The notes under the pieces: generated by a model
Told to the model about the DNA's origin: nothing
The model's input: the letters and a program-made list of their open reading frames with translations, nothing else
Databases searched by the model: none
NCBI GenBank assembly: GCA_021787855.1
Contig: JAJYLI010000003.1
Coordinates: 1 to 42,702, forward strand
From: a bacterium
GTDB lineage: Bacteria > Gemmatimonadota > Gemmatimonadetes > Gemmatimonadales > JACORV01
Length of the DNA stretch: 42,702 nt
Direction of reading: 5' to 3'
Position numbers and translations under genes: made by a program
Shown here: piece by piece, positions 30,185-40,250 of the stretch
How the letters are laid out: every line of letters begins with the position of its first letter
How positions within the stretch are numbered: position 1 is the first letter of the stretch

Positions 30185-31082
30185 CGCGATTCCCGCCGCC
30201 TTCCGGCTCGACGCCTTCGCCGCGTTCCTGACGCTGGAACGGGGGGCGTCGCGGAATACCGTCGCCGCGTACGCCCGGGACCTCGCGCACCTGGTCGAGT
30301 TCCTCCGCGCCAGGGGCGCCGCGGCCCCGGAGCAGGCCACCACGGCGCAGCTCCGGGACTTCGTCTTCCACCTCAAGGACCTGGGCCTCGCGGCCACCAG
30401 CATCCGGCGCCACGTCTCCTCCACCCGGAGCTACTTCCGCTTCCTCGTGGGCGAGGGAGCGGTGCTGCGGGACCCCACCGAGCGGCTCGCCAGCCCCAAG
30501 CAGTGGCGCACCCTGCCGTCCGTCCTCACCACGGCCGAGATGGAGCGGCTGCTCGCCGCGCCGCACGCCGACCAGCCCCTGGCCTGGCGCGACCGCGCGC
30601 TGCTGGAGTTCGCCTACGCGACCGGAGCCCGGGTCTCCGAGCTGGTGGGGATTGGCGTGAGCGACGTGCTGTACGACGAGGGCCTGGCGCGCCTGTTCGG
30701 CAAGGGCAACAAGGAGCGCCTGGTGCCGGTCGGCCGGCGGGCGCTGGGCGCCGTGGCCCTGTACGTGCGCGAGACGCGCCCCCGCCTCGAGCAGGGCCGG
30801 GGCCAGGGCCGGCTGTTCCTCAACGCCCGGGGAGCCCCGCTCTCGCGCGTCGGCGCCTGGGGGATCATCAAGCGTTCCGCCCGGGCCGCGGGCCTCACCA
30901 AGCGCGTGACCCCACACACGCTGCGGCATACTTTCGCCACGCATCTGCTCGAAGGCGGTGCCGATCTCCGGGCGGTTCAGGAGATGTTGGGGCACGCGGA
31001 CTTGAGCACCACCCAGCTCTACACCAAGGTGGACCGTGAGTATCTTCGCAGCGTGCACCGCAGCTACCATCCGCGGGCCTGA
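30171..31082 (+). CDS. xerD: Site-specific tyrosine recombinase XerD
   Basis: [77 protein letters not shown]. Confidence 0.88.
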   Translation: MSAADAIPAAFRLDAFAAFLTLERGASRNTVAAYARDLAHLVEFLRARGAAAPEQATTAQLRDFVFHLKDLGLAATSIRRHVSSTRSYFRFLVGEGAVLRDPTERLASPKQWRTLPSVLTTAEMERLLAAPHADQPLAWRDRALLEFAYATGARVSELVGIGVSDVLYDEGLARLFGKGNKERLVPVGRRALGAVALYVRETRPRLEQGRGQGRLFLNARGAPLSRVGAWGIIKRSARAAGLTKRVTPHTLRHTFATHLLEGGADLRAVQEMLGHADLSTTQLYTKVDREYLRSVHRSYHPRA

Positions 31083-31134
31083 GCCCCGCCGCGGCGGACC
31101 TGCCGCGCGCCGCCTGAATACCGGAGGAGACCCC

Positions 31135-31947
31135 ATGTCGAGATTGCCCGCCGCCCTGCTCGTGGCCGGCGCCGCGGCCCTCCTCGATCCCGCGGGCGCC
31201 CGCGCCCAGACCGCGGTGGCGCTGCGCTACCAGCCGCCGGTCGGCCAGGTGACGCACTACCGCGCCGTCAGCCAGACGTGGATCCGGCTCCCCGGCATGC
31301 CGGCCGCGGACACCACCAAGCCCACCATGACGCGGACCATGTACTCGACCAGCACCGTGACGGGGCTGGACGGCGGCGCCCGCGTGGTGAAGAGCGTGAT
31401 TGACTCCTCGAGCCAGGACCTCGGCCCCATGGGCGCCCTGATGCCGGGCGGCGACCCGTTCAAGGGCATCACGATCACCCAGCACGTGGATCCGCTGGGG
31501 CGCGTGCTCGCCTCCGACGTCACCGGCCCGCCGGACGCCAATCCCATGGTCCTCGTCCGCATGCGACAGGACGGGAGTCAGCGCCCGGTCGTCCTGCCGG
31601 AGCGGCGCGTGAGCCCCGGTGACACGTGGACCTGGGCGGACACCCTGGATATGAACGGAGGCGAGGGGGCCGGCAGCCCCAAGGCCGTCGTGGACGTCAC
31701 CTACCGGCTCGTCCGCGTCCGACGGACGCGCGGGACCCGGCTGGCGACGATCGCGCTGCGCGGGGTCATGCACGGCGCCGGCGCCACGGCGGCGACGGGC
31801 GCCGGTCCGCGGGGCACCATGAGCGGCGAGATCGTGCTCGACCTGGGTGCCGGCCGCGTGGTGCGGGCCACCACCCGGCTCACCGCGTATCTGCCCGGCG
31901 AGGCGCCCCCCATGCGGACCGTGAGCACCACCGAGATGCTGCCCTAG
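31135..31947 (+). CDS. Hypothetical exported beta-rich protein (270 aa)
   Basis: SD GGAGGAG at 31123-29; Sec-like signal ending ARA-Q; alternating Thr/Val-rich strands. No catalytic motif recognised. Confidence 0.8.
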   Translation: MSRLPAALLVAGAAALLDPAGARAQTAVALRYQPPVGQVTHYRAVSQTWIRLPGMPAADTTKPTMTRTMYSTSTVTGLDGGARVVKSVIDSSSQDLGPMGALMPGGDPFKGITITQHVDPLGRVLASDVTGPPDANPMVLVRMRQDGSQRPVVLPERRVSPGDTWTWADTLDMNGGEGAGSPKAVVDVTYRLVRVRRTRGTRLATIALRGVMHGAGATAATGAGPRGTMSGEIVLDLGAGRVVRATTRLTAYLPGEAPPMRTVSTTEMLP

Positions 31948-32051
31948 GACCGCCCCCGCCGGCGGGCCCGGCCCCGCGCCCGGGGCCGGACGGTCCCCCG
32001 GGCTCGGGGCCTCTGGCGGGGGGGCGGGGGAACCGTTAGATTCGGGTCCCC
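31947..32051. other. Cluster of GC-rich inverted repeats (possible terminator or structured RNA)
   Basis: CCGGCCCCG-cgcc-CGGGGCCGG (31968-89); GGACCG/CGGTCC (31947-52/31991-96); CCCCG-ggct-CGGGG (31996-32009); GGGGAACCG-ttagatt-CGGGTCCCC (32027-51). Confidence 0.4.
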
Positions 32052-32085
32052 TCCGTCGCATCGTAAGTATCTCTCCCACAATGCT

Positions 32086-32114
32086 TTGACAGTTATCCCC
32101 TTGGCTGTTAGGTT
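32086..32114 (+). promoter_or_regulatory. Strong sigma70-type promoter for the kdsB...rpoN operon
   Basis: Consensus TTGACA (32086-91), 17-nt spacer, TAGGTT (32109-14), with extended -10 TG at 32106-07. Lies in the most AT-rich patch of the window. Confidence 0.75.
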
Positions 32115-32117
32115 GCG
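32101..32117 (+). promoter_or_regulatory. Putative sigma54 -24/-12 site overlapping the sigma70 -10 element
   Basis: TTGGC-TGTTAGG-TTGC gives TGGC-N7-TTGC with exact GG-N10-GC spacing. The inner ACG and final W of the consensus are not matched. Confidence 0.45.
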
Positions 32118-32147
32118 GTGTGATTCTTGCACACGCGCCGCGCCCTC

Positions 32148-34581
<2,434 letters not shown>

Positions 34582-34582
34582 G

Positions 34583-35398
34583 ATGCCCGCGGCGTCGCCG
34601 TTCGGTCCGGGGCCGTTCCTCATCGCCGGCCCCTGCGTGGTCGAGGACGACCGCCTCAACGTGGCCGTGGGCGAGGCCCTCGCGGCCCTGGCCGCCCGCC
34701 TGCGGATCCCGGTCATCTACAAGGCCTCCTACGACAAGGCGAACCGCTCGCGGCTGGGGGCCGCCCGCGGGCCGGGCGCGGCGGCGGGCCTGGCCGCCCT
34801 GGCCAGGGTCCGGGCCGCGACGGGGCTCCCGATTCTCACCGACGTGCACGAAGTCGCCCAGGTCGAGGCGGCCGCCGCCGTGGCCGACGTGCTGCAGGTG
34901 CCCGCCTTCCTGTGCCGCCAGACCGACCTGCTCGTCGCGGTGGGCCGCGCCGGCAAGCCGGTGAACCTCAAGAAGGGGCAGTGGATGTCCCCCGAGGGCA
35001 TGGCCGGCGCGGTCGAGAAGGTCCGGAGCGGCGGCGGCGGCGCGGTGGCGGTCACCGAACGCGGCACCTTCTTCGGCTACGGCGATCTGGTCGTGGACAT
35101 GCGCGCCTTCACCAGGCTCAAGGCCGCCTGCGGCACGCCGGTGATCTACGACGGGACCCACAGCGTCCAGCAGCCGGGACGCGGGGCCGACGGCGCCAGC
35201 GGCGGGCTGCGGGAATTCATTCCCCCGCTGCTCATGGCGGCCGCGGCGGCGGGCGCGGACGGCTTCTTCCTCGAGACGCACCCCGACCCCGCGCACGCCC
35301 CGTCCGACGGACCCAACATGCTCCCGCTGGCCGCGCTGCCCGACGTCGTCGCCCGGGCCCTCGACGTGTGGCGCAGCGCCCGCGTGCCCCATGATTGA
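34583..35398 (+). CDS. kdsA: KDO-8-phosphate synthase (Cys-containing, metal-dependent type)
   Basis: IAGPCVVE, KASYDKANRS, QVPAFLCRQTDL, NLKKGQW, DGTHSVQQPG, ETHPDP..A.SDGP. Confidence 0.96.
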   Translation: MPAASPFGPGPFLIAGPCVVEDDRLNVAVGEALAALAARLRIPVIYKASYDKANRSRLGAARGPGAAAGLAALARVRAATGLPILTDVHEVAQVEAAAAVADVLQVPAFLCRQTDLLVAVGRAGKPVNLKKGQWMSPEGMAGAVEKVRSGGGGAVAVTERGTFFGYGDLVVDMRAFTRLKAACGTPVIYDGTHSVQQPGRGADGASGGLREFIPPLLMAAAAAGADGFFLETHPDPAHAPSDGPNMLPLAALPDVVARALDVWRSARVPHD

Positions 35399-35966
35399 GC
35401 CCGCCCTGGCCCGCCGGATCCGCCTCCTGGGCTGCGACGTGGACGGCACCATGACCGACGGCGGCCTGTACCTGGGCGGCCCCGCCGAAGCCCCCGTGGA
35501 GCTGAAGCGCTTCGACATCCAGGACGGGCTCGGCGTCCACCTCCTGCGCGCCGCCGGCGTGGCGGTCGCCGTGGTCACGGGCCGGGCGGGCGAGCCCGCG
35601 CGCCGCCGCGCGGAGGAGCTCCAGGTGGACGAGTTCGCCGCCGACGCGGGCGCCCGCAAGCTGCCGCTGTTCGAGGCCATCCTGCGCCGCCGCGGCGTGG
35701 GCTGGGACGAGGCCTGCTTCGTCGGCGACGACCTGCCGGACCTGCCGCTGCTGCGGCGGGTGGCGTTGCCCGTGGCCGTCGCCAACGCCTGCCGCGAGGT
35801 CAAGGCGGCGTGCCGGGTGGTGACCACCGCCCGGGGCGGCCACGGTGCCCTGCGCGAGTTCGCGGAGGCCCTGCTCCAGGCGCGCGGCGCGTGGAGTGAC
35901 GTGGTGGCCTCGTACCTGAGAGAGCGCGACGAGGCCCGGGCGGAGGACCATGCCGCCGCGCCCTGA
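35391..35966 (+). CDS. kdsC: KDO-8-phosphate phosphatase (HAD family)
   Basis: DVDGTMTDG, KRFDIQDG.G, VTGR, VGDDLPDL, GGHGALRE. Confidence 0.92.
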   Translation: MIEPALARRIRLLGCDVDGTMTDGGLYLGGPAEAPVELKRFDIQDGLGVHLLRAAGVAVAVVTGRAGEPARRRAEELQVDEFAADAGARKLPLFEAILRRRGVGWDEACFVGDDLPDLPLLRRVALPVAVANACREVKAACRVVTTARGGHGALREFAEALLQARGAWSDVVASYLRERDEARAEDHAAAP

Positions 35967-36930
35967 CACCGCCGCGGACAGCGTGACGCGGGGACGCCAG
36001 GTCCTGGAGCAGGAGGCCGCCGCCCTCCTCGCCCTGGCGCGCCGGCTCGACCGCCGCTTCGCGAGCGCGGTGGAGGCCCTGCGCGCCTGCCGCGGCCGCA
36101 TCGTCGTCTCGGGCGTGGGGAAGTCGGGCGTGATCGCGCGCAAGATCGCCGCCACCCTCACCTCGACCGGCTCGCCGGCGACCTTCCTGCACCCGGTGGA
36201 CAGCGTGCACGGCGACCTGGGCATCGTGGGGCGCGACGACGTGGCGGTCCTGCTCTCCAAGAGCGGCGAGACCGACGAGCTGTTCGGCCTGGTGGCCTCC
36301 CTGAAGCGCCTCGGCGTCCCCATCATCGCGATCACCGGCGCCGCCGGCTCCACGCTCGCGCGGCACGCCGACGTGGTCCTCGACGCCGCCGTGGCCGCGG
36401 AAGCGTGCCCGCTCGACCTGGCGCCCACCACCAGCACGACCGCCGCGCTGGCCCTGGGCGACGCGCTCGCCATCGCGCTGTTCGAGGCCAAGGGTTTCGA
36501 CGCCGAGGACTTCGCCCGGCTGCACCCGGGCGGCGCCCTCGGCCGGCGGCTGTTGCTGCTGGTCCGCGACGTCATGGTCACCGACCGGCTGCCCGCCCTC
36601 GGCCCCGAGGCCACGATGCGCGAGTGCGTCATCCTGCTGGCCGAGCGGCGCGGCACGGTGGCGGTGGTGGACGGCGAGCGCAAGGTGGTGGGCGTCGTCA
36701 CGGCCGGCGATCTCACGCGCCTGATGGAGCGGCGCGCCGACTTCCTCGACGTCCCGGTGCGCGACGTGATGACCCGCGCCCCGAAGCTGGCGCACCCCGA
36801 CGAGCTGGCGAGCGCCGCCGTCAACCGGCTCGAGCACCACGGCATCATGGCCATGCCCGTGGTGGACGACGGCGGCGCCCTCTCCGGCGTCGTCCACCTG
36901 CACGATCTGCTGCGCGCGGGGGCCGCGTGA
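35950..36930 (+). CDS. kdsD: Arabinose-5-phosphate isomerase (KpsF/GutQ; SIS + CBS)
   Basis: SGVGKSG..ARKIAAT..STG, HGDLG, SKSGET, EACPLDLAPTTST, HPGGALG and a C-terminal CBS pair. Confidence 0.95.
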   Translation: MPPRPDTAADSVTRGRQVLEQEAAALLALARRLDRRFASAVEALRACRGRIVVSGVGKSGVIARKIAATLTSTGSPATFLHPVDSVHGDLGIVGRDDVAVLLSKSGETDELFGLVASLKRLGVPIIAITGAAGSTLARHADVVLDAAVAAEACPLDLAPTTSTTAALALGDALAIALFEAKGFDAEDFARLHPGGALGRRLLLLVRDVMVTDRLPALGPEATMRECVILLAERRGTVAVVDGERKVVGVVTAGDLTRLMERRADFLDVPVRDVMTRAPKLAHPDELASAAVNRLEHHGIMAMPVVDDGGALSGVVHLHDLLRAGAA

Positions 36931-37493
36931 GCGGGACGGGGAGCCTGATCCGGCGCGTCGCCGCGCCGCTGGGCCTGGGCGCGCTCCTGTGGGCGTGCGG
37001 CGGCACCGGGAACAGCGGCCTCGCCGGCGCCGCGCTGACCGCCGACAGCGCCGACCAGGTCATCTGGGGCCTCACCACCATCCTCACCAAGGCCGGCGTG
37101 CGCCAGGCCTACCTCAGCGCCGACACCGCCTACGAGTACGACGCCAGCGGGCGGGTGGACATGCGGGGCGTGCGGGTCACGTTCTACTCCGCCGACGGCG
37201 TGGCCGAGTCGGTCCTGACGGGCCGGCAGGGCACCTACTGGATGCGCACCAACCAGATGTCCGCCCGGGACCACGTGATCGTGGTGCGCAGCTCGGACGG
37301 CGCCCGCCTCGCGACCGACTTCATCGAGTACGACCCCGCCCAGAACCAGGTCCGCACCGACAAGCCCTACGTCGCCGACAAGGGCACCCAGCACATCGCG
37401 GGCGTGGGCTTCATCTGCGACCCGTCGTTCACCAACTGCACCAGCCAGCAGACGCACGGCTCCGCCGGGCGCCTGGTGATGCCGCCCCAGTAG
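36927..37493 (+). CDS. lptC: LPS export protein LptC (probable lipoprotein)
   Basis: Position between kdsD and lptA/lptB; jellyroll-like pattern (L.ADTAY, V.FY, LTGRQG.Y, L.TD.IEYD....V.TDKP, G.GF); lipobox-like LWAC24. Confidence 0.8.
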   Translation: MSGTGSLIRRVAAPLGLGALLWACGGTGNSGLAGAALTADSADQVIWGLTTILTKAGVRQAYLSADTAYEYDASGRVDMRGVRVTFYSADGVAESVLTGRQGTYWMRTNQMSARDHVIVVRSSDGARLATDFIEYDPAQNQVRTDKPYVADKGTQHIAGVGFICDPSFTNCTSQQTHGSAGRLVMPPQ

Positions 37494-37494
37494 C

Positions 37495-39039
37495 GTGCGC
37501 GCGCTCGCCGTGCTCGCCCTCGCCCTGGCCGCCGCCCCCGCGCTCGCGCAACAGCCCGCGGCCCGGCCGGCCCGGCCGGCGGCGGCCCCGGCCCCGGATA
37601 CCTCGACCTGCGACGTGCAGATTGATACCAGCCGTTACAGCCAGTTCACCCAGGTGGGCAACGCGTACGACACCTACGGCTGGGGCGGGGTGTGGGCGCA
37701 CTGCCGGGGGCAGCCGACCACCATGTTCGCGGATTCGGTGGCCTGGTACCCGGCGCTCAATCAGCTGCGCATGGTGGGCGACGTGCGGTTCCGGGACAGC
37801 GTCTCCATCCTGGACGCGGACAGCGTGACCTACTTCCTCAGGCAGGAGCGGCTGTTCGCCCGGGGCCACGTCTATACCAAGAACCTCAAGACCGGATCCG
37901 ACCTCCGGGGGGACAACCTCGACTACTACCGCGCGGCGCCGCCCCTGAGGGACACCGTGGAGCTGGTGGCGCGCGACCGGCCGACCATCCACTTCTATGC
38001 CTCGCACCCCGCCACGCCGCAGGATACCCAGCCGTTCCTGGTGGTCTCCGACCGCGCGCGGATGAAGGGCAACGACCGGTTCTGGGGCGGCGGCAACGTC
38101 ACCATCAACCGCTCCGACCTCGCCGCCAGCGGCGATTCCGGCCAGATCAATCTGACGCGGAACGCCGCGGCGCTGCTGGGGAGCCCGCAGCTGAACGGCG
38201 TGGGGCCCGACGCCTATCACCTGCGGGGGGACCGCATTGACTTCGCCCTGACGCCGGAGCACGAGATCCACGGGGTGCTCTCCAGCGGCCACGCCGCCGC
38301 GCGCGGCAGCGACTGGAGCCTCGACGCGGACACCATCGCGCTCACCCTGGACAGCGGCAAGGTGCAGCTCGCGGAGGCCTGGGGAGGGAAGGGCGAGGCC
38401 GAGGGGCGGGCCCGGCGGCCGCGCGCGGTGTCCGGACGCCACACCATCGTGGCCGACTCGCTCGACATCCACATGCCGGGCCAGCAGGTGCGCCTGGTCT
38501 GGGCCTTCGGGCGCGCCCGGACCACCACCCGCGACTCGGGCTCCACCGCCGAGGACTGGCTGGCCGGCGACTCGCTGCGGGCGGACTTCGCGGCGCGCCG
38601 GGACAGCGCGACGGGCAAGTCGCGCTCCGAGCTGGAGCACCTGACCTCGTTCGGCACGGCGCAGGCGCTGTACCACGTCGAGCCCTCCGACACGGCGGGC
38701 ACCGGGGGACGGAAGGCCGTGGATTACTCCCGCGGCCGCCGCATTGACATCGCGCTCGCCAACTCCAAGGTCCAGACGGTGGACGTCGTCGGGCAGGTGG
38801 ACGGTGTGTACCTGGAGCCGGTGCCTCCGCCGGCCGACACCAGCCACGCGGACTCGACCCGCGCCGACACGACCCGCGGCGCGGCCGACACCACGCGCGC
38901 CGCGGCCGACACGGCGCACGCGCCGCCGGCCGCCACGACGCGCCGGAGCACCCCGGGCCGCGGCTCCGCCACCCCGCCGGCCCCGCCGGCCACGCCGCGT
39001 CCCGCGAAGCCCGCTTCCCTCCCTCCGGCCCGCCCATGA
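37495..39039 (+). CDS. Long OstA/LptA-like periplasmic LPS-transport protein (514 aa)
   Basis: Signal peptide ending ALA-QQ; repeated ADS-x-x-Y, G-x-V and GD-x-I/L strand motifs typical of OstA jellyrolls; located between lptC and lptB. Confidence 0.75.
   Translation: MRALAVLALALAAAPALAQQPAARPARPAAAPAPDTSTCDVQIDTSRYSQFTQVGNAYDTYGWGGVWAHCRGQPTTMFADSVAWYPALNQLRMVGDVRFRDSVSILDADSVTYFLRQERLFARGHVYTKNLKTGSDLRGDNLDYYRAAPPLRDTVELVARDRPTIHFYASHPATPQDTQPFLVVSDRARMKGNDRFWGGGNVTINRSDLAASGDSGQINLTRNAAALLGSPQLNGVGPDAYHLRGDRIDFALTPEHEIHGVLSSGHAAARGSDWSLDADTIALTLDSGKVQLAEAWGGKGEAEGRARRPRAVSGRHTIVADSLDIHMPGQQVRLVWAFGRARTTTRDSGSTAEDWLAGDSLRADFAARRDSATGKSRSELEHLTSFGTAQALYHVEPSDTAGTGGRKAVDYSRGRRIDIALANSKVQTVDVVGQVDGVYLEPVPPPADTSHADSTRADTTRGAADTTRAAADTAHAPPAATTRRSTPGRGSATPPAPPATPRPAKPASLPPARP
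38833..38919 (+). repeat. Degenerate coding tandem repeat, five AD(T/S)xx units
   Basis: ADTSH-ADSTR-ADTTRGA-ADTTRAA-ADTAH; gccgacac recurs in the DNA. Confidence 0.75.
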
Positions 39040-40250
39040 GCGACGCCCTGCTGACCCAGCTCCGGGGCCGCAACCCCTCCATCTGCCTGGCGCTGGCGGC
39101 GCTCGTGAGGAGCGCCGACGAAGCGGGGGGCACGCCCTTCGGCACGGCCGCGGTCGCCTACCGCGAGGACTACCTCGCCGCCGTGCGCCGCTCCTCCGGT
39201 GACGCCGGCCCGCAGGACACCGGCACGCTGTCGGTGGACGACGTGCGGCGGCACCTCGCCGCCTCGGTGCTGCCGCGGCTGGCCACCGAGGGCGTCATCG
39301 AGGAGCCGGCCCGCGGATGGGACGAGGGCTCCGTCGTCCGGTTCCGCGACGACGCCTGGGCCAGCCTGGGCGCCGACCGCGGCGCCGCGCGAGCGCAGCT
39401 GCTGGAAGCCGCCTGGCAGGGCATGGTCACCCACGACACGGGCGAGCACCTCGCGGACACGGGGGAGGGCGGGGGCGGGACGGCCGCCGGCACCGCGCGC
39501 AGCGTGCTCGAGGCCTTCGGGCTCCGCAAGACCTACAACCGGCGCGCCGTGGTGGACGACGTCAACGTGCGCCTCGCCCAGGGCGAGATCGTCGGCCTGC
39601 TCGGGCCCAACGGCGCCGGCAAGACCACCACCTTCTACATGATGGTCGGCCTGATCGCCCCCGACGCCGGCCGCATCGCGCTGGACGGCGAGGACATCAG
39701 CACCCTGCCGATGTACCGGCGCGCGCGGCGCGGCATCGGCTACCTGGCGCAGGAGCCCTCGGTGTTCCGCAAGCTCACGGTGGAGGAGAACCTGCTCGCG
39801 ATCCTGGAGACGCTCCCCTTGAGCCACGAGGAGCGGAGCCGCCGGCTCGAGGGCCTCCTGGACGAGCTCTCGATCCGCCACCTCCGCCGCAACAAGGCCT
39901 ACTCGCTCTCCGGCGGCGAGCGGCGCCGCCTCGAGATCACCCGCGCGCTCGTGACCCGCCCGCGGTTCATGCTCCTGGACGAGCCGTTCTCCGGCGTGGA
40001 CCCGATCGCCGTCCACGACATCCAGACCATCGTGGCCGGGCTGCGCCACAAGGGCATCGGCGTCCTGATCACCGACCACAACGTCGAGCAGACGCTCGAC
40101 ATCGTGGACCGCGCCTACATCATGTTCGAGGGCAAGGTCCAGGTGTCCGGCACCGTCCGCTCCCTGGTGTTCGACGACCGCGTCGCCGAGCTGTACCTCG
40201 GCCCCACCCTCACGGCGCGCCTGCGGGCCCGCCTCTCCCCGGCGGCGTGA
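39036..40250 (+). CDS. lptB: LPS export ABC ATPase LptB with an extra ~155-aa N-terminal domain
   Basis: GPNGAGKTT, LPMYRRAR.GIGYL.QEPS.FR.L, LSGGERRRLEI, LLDEPF.GVDP, ITDHNV, YLG. ATGA overlap with the lptA-like stop. Confidence 0.93.
   Translation: MSDALLTQLRGRNPSICLALAALVRSADEAGGTPFGTAAVAYREDYLAAVRRSSGDAGPQDTGTLSVDDVRRHLAASVLPRLATEGVIEEPARGWDEGSVVRFRDDAWASLGADRGAARAQLLEAAWQGMVTHDTGEHLADTGEGGGGTAAGTARSVLEAFGLRKTYNRRAVVDDVNVRLAQGEIVGLLGPNGAGKTTTFYMMVGLIAPDAGRIALDGEDISTLPMYRRARRGIGYLAQEPSVFRKLTVEENLLAILETLPLSHEERSRRLEGLLDELSIRHLRRNKAYSLSGGERRRLEITRALVTRPRFMLLDEPFSGVDPIAVHDIQTIVAGLRHKGIGVLITDHNVEQTLDIVDRAYIMFEGKVQVSGTVRSLVFDDRVAELYLGPTLTARLRARLSPAA

Noticed and set aside
30171-32085. Tyrosine recombinase plus hypothetical gene as a possible integrated element or dif site
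   Set aside because: The recombinase is a housekeeping XerD type overlapping dedA. I saw no att-like direct repeats, dif consensus, tRNA or cargo genes.
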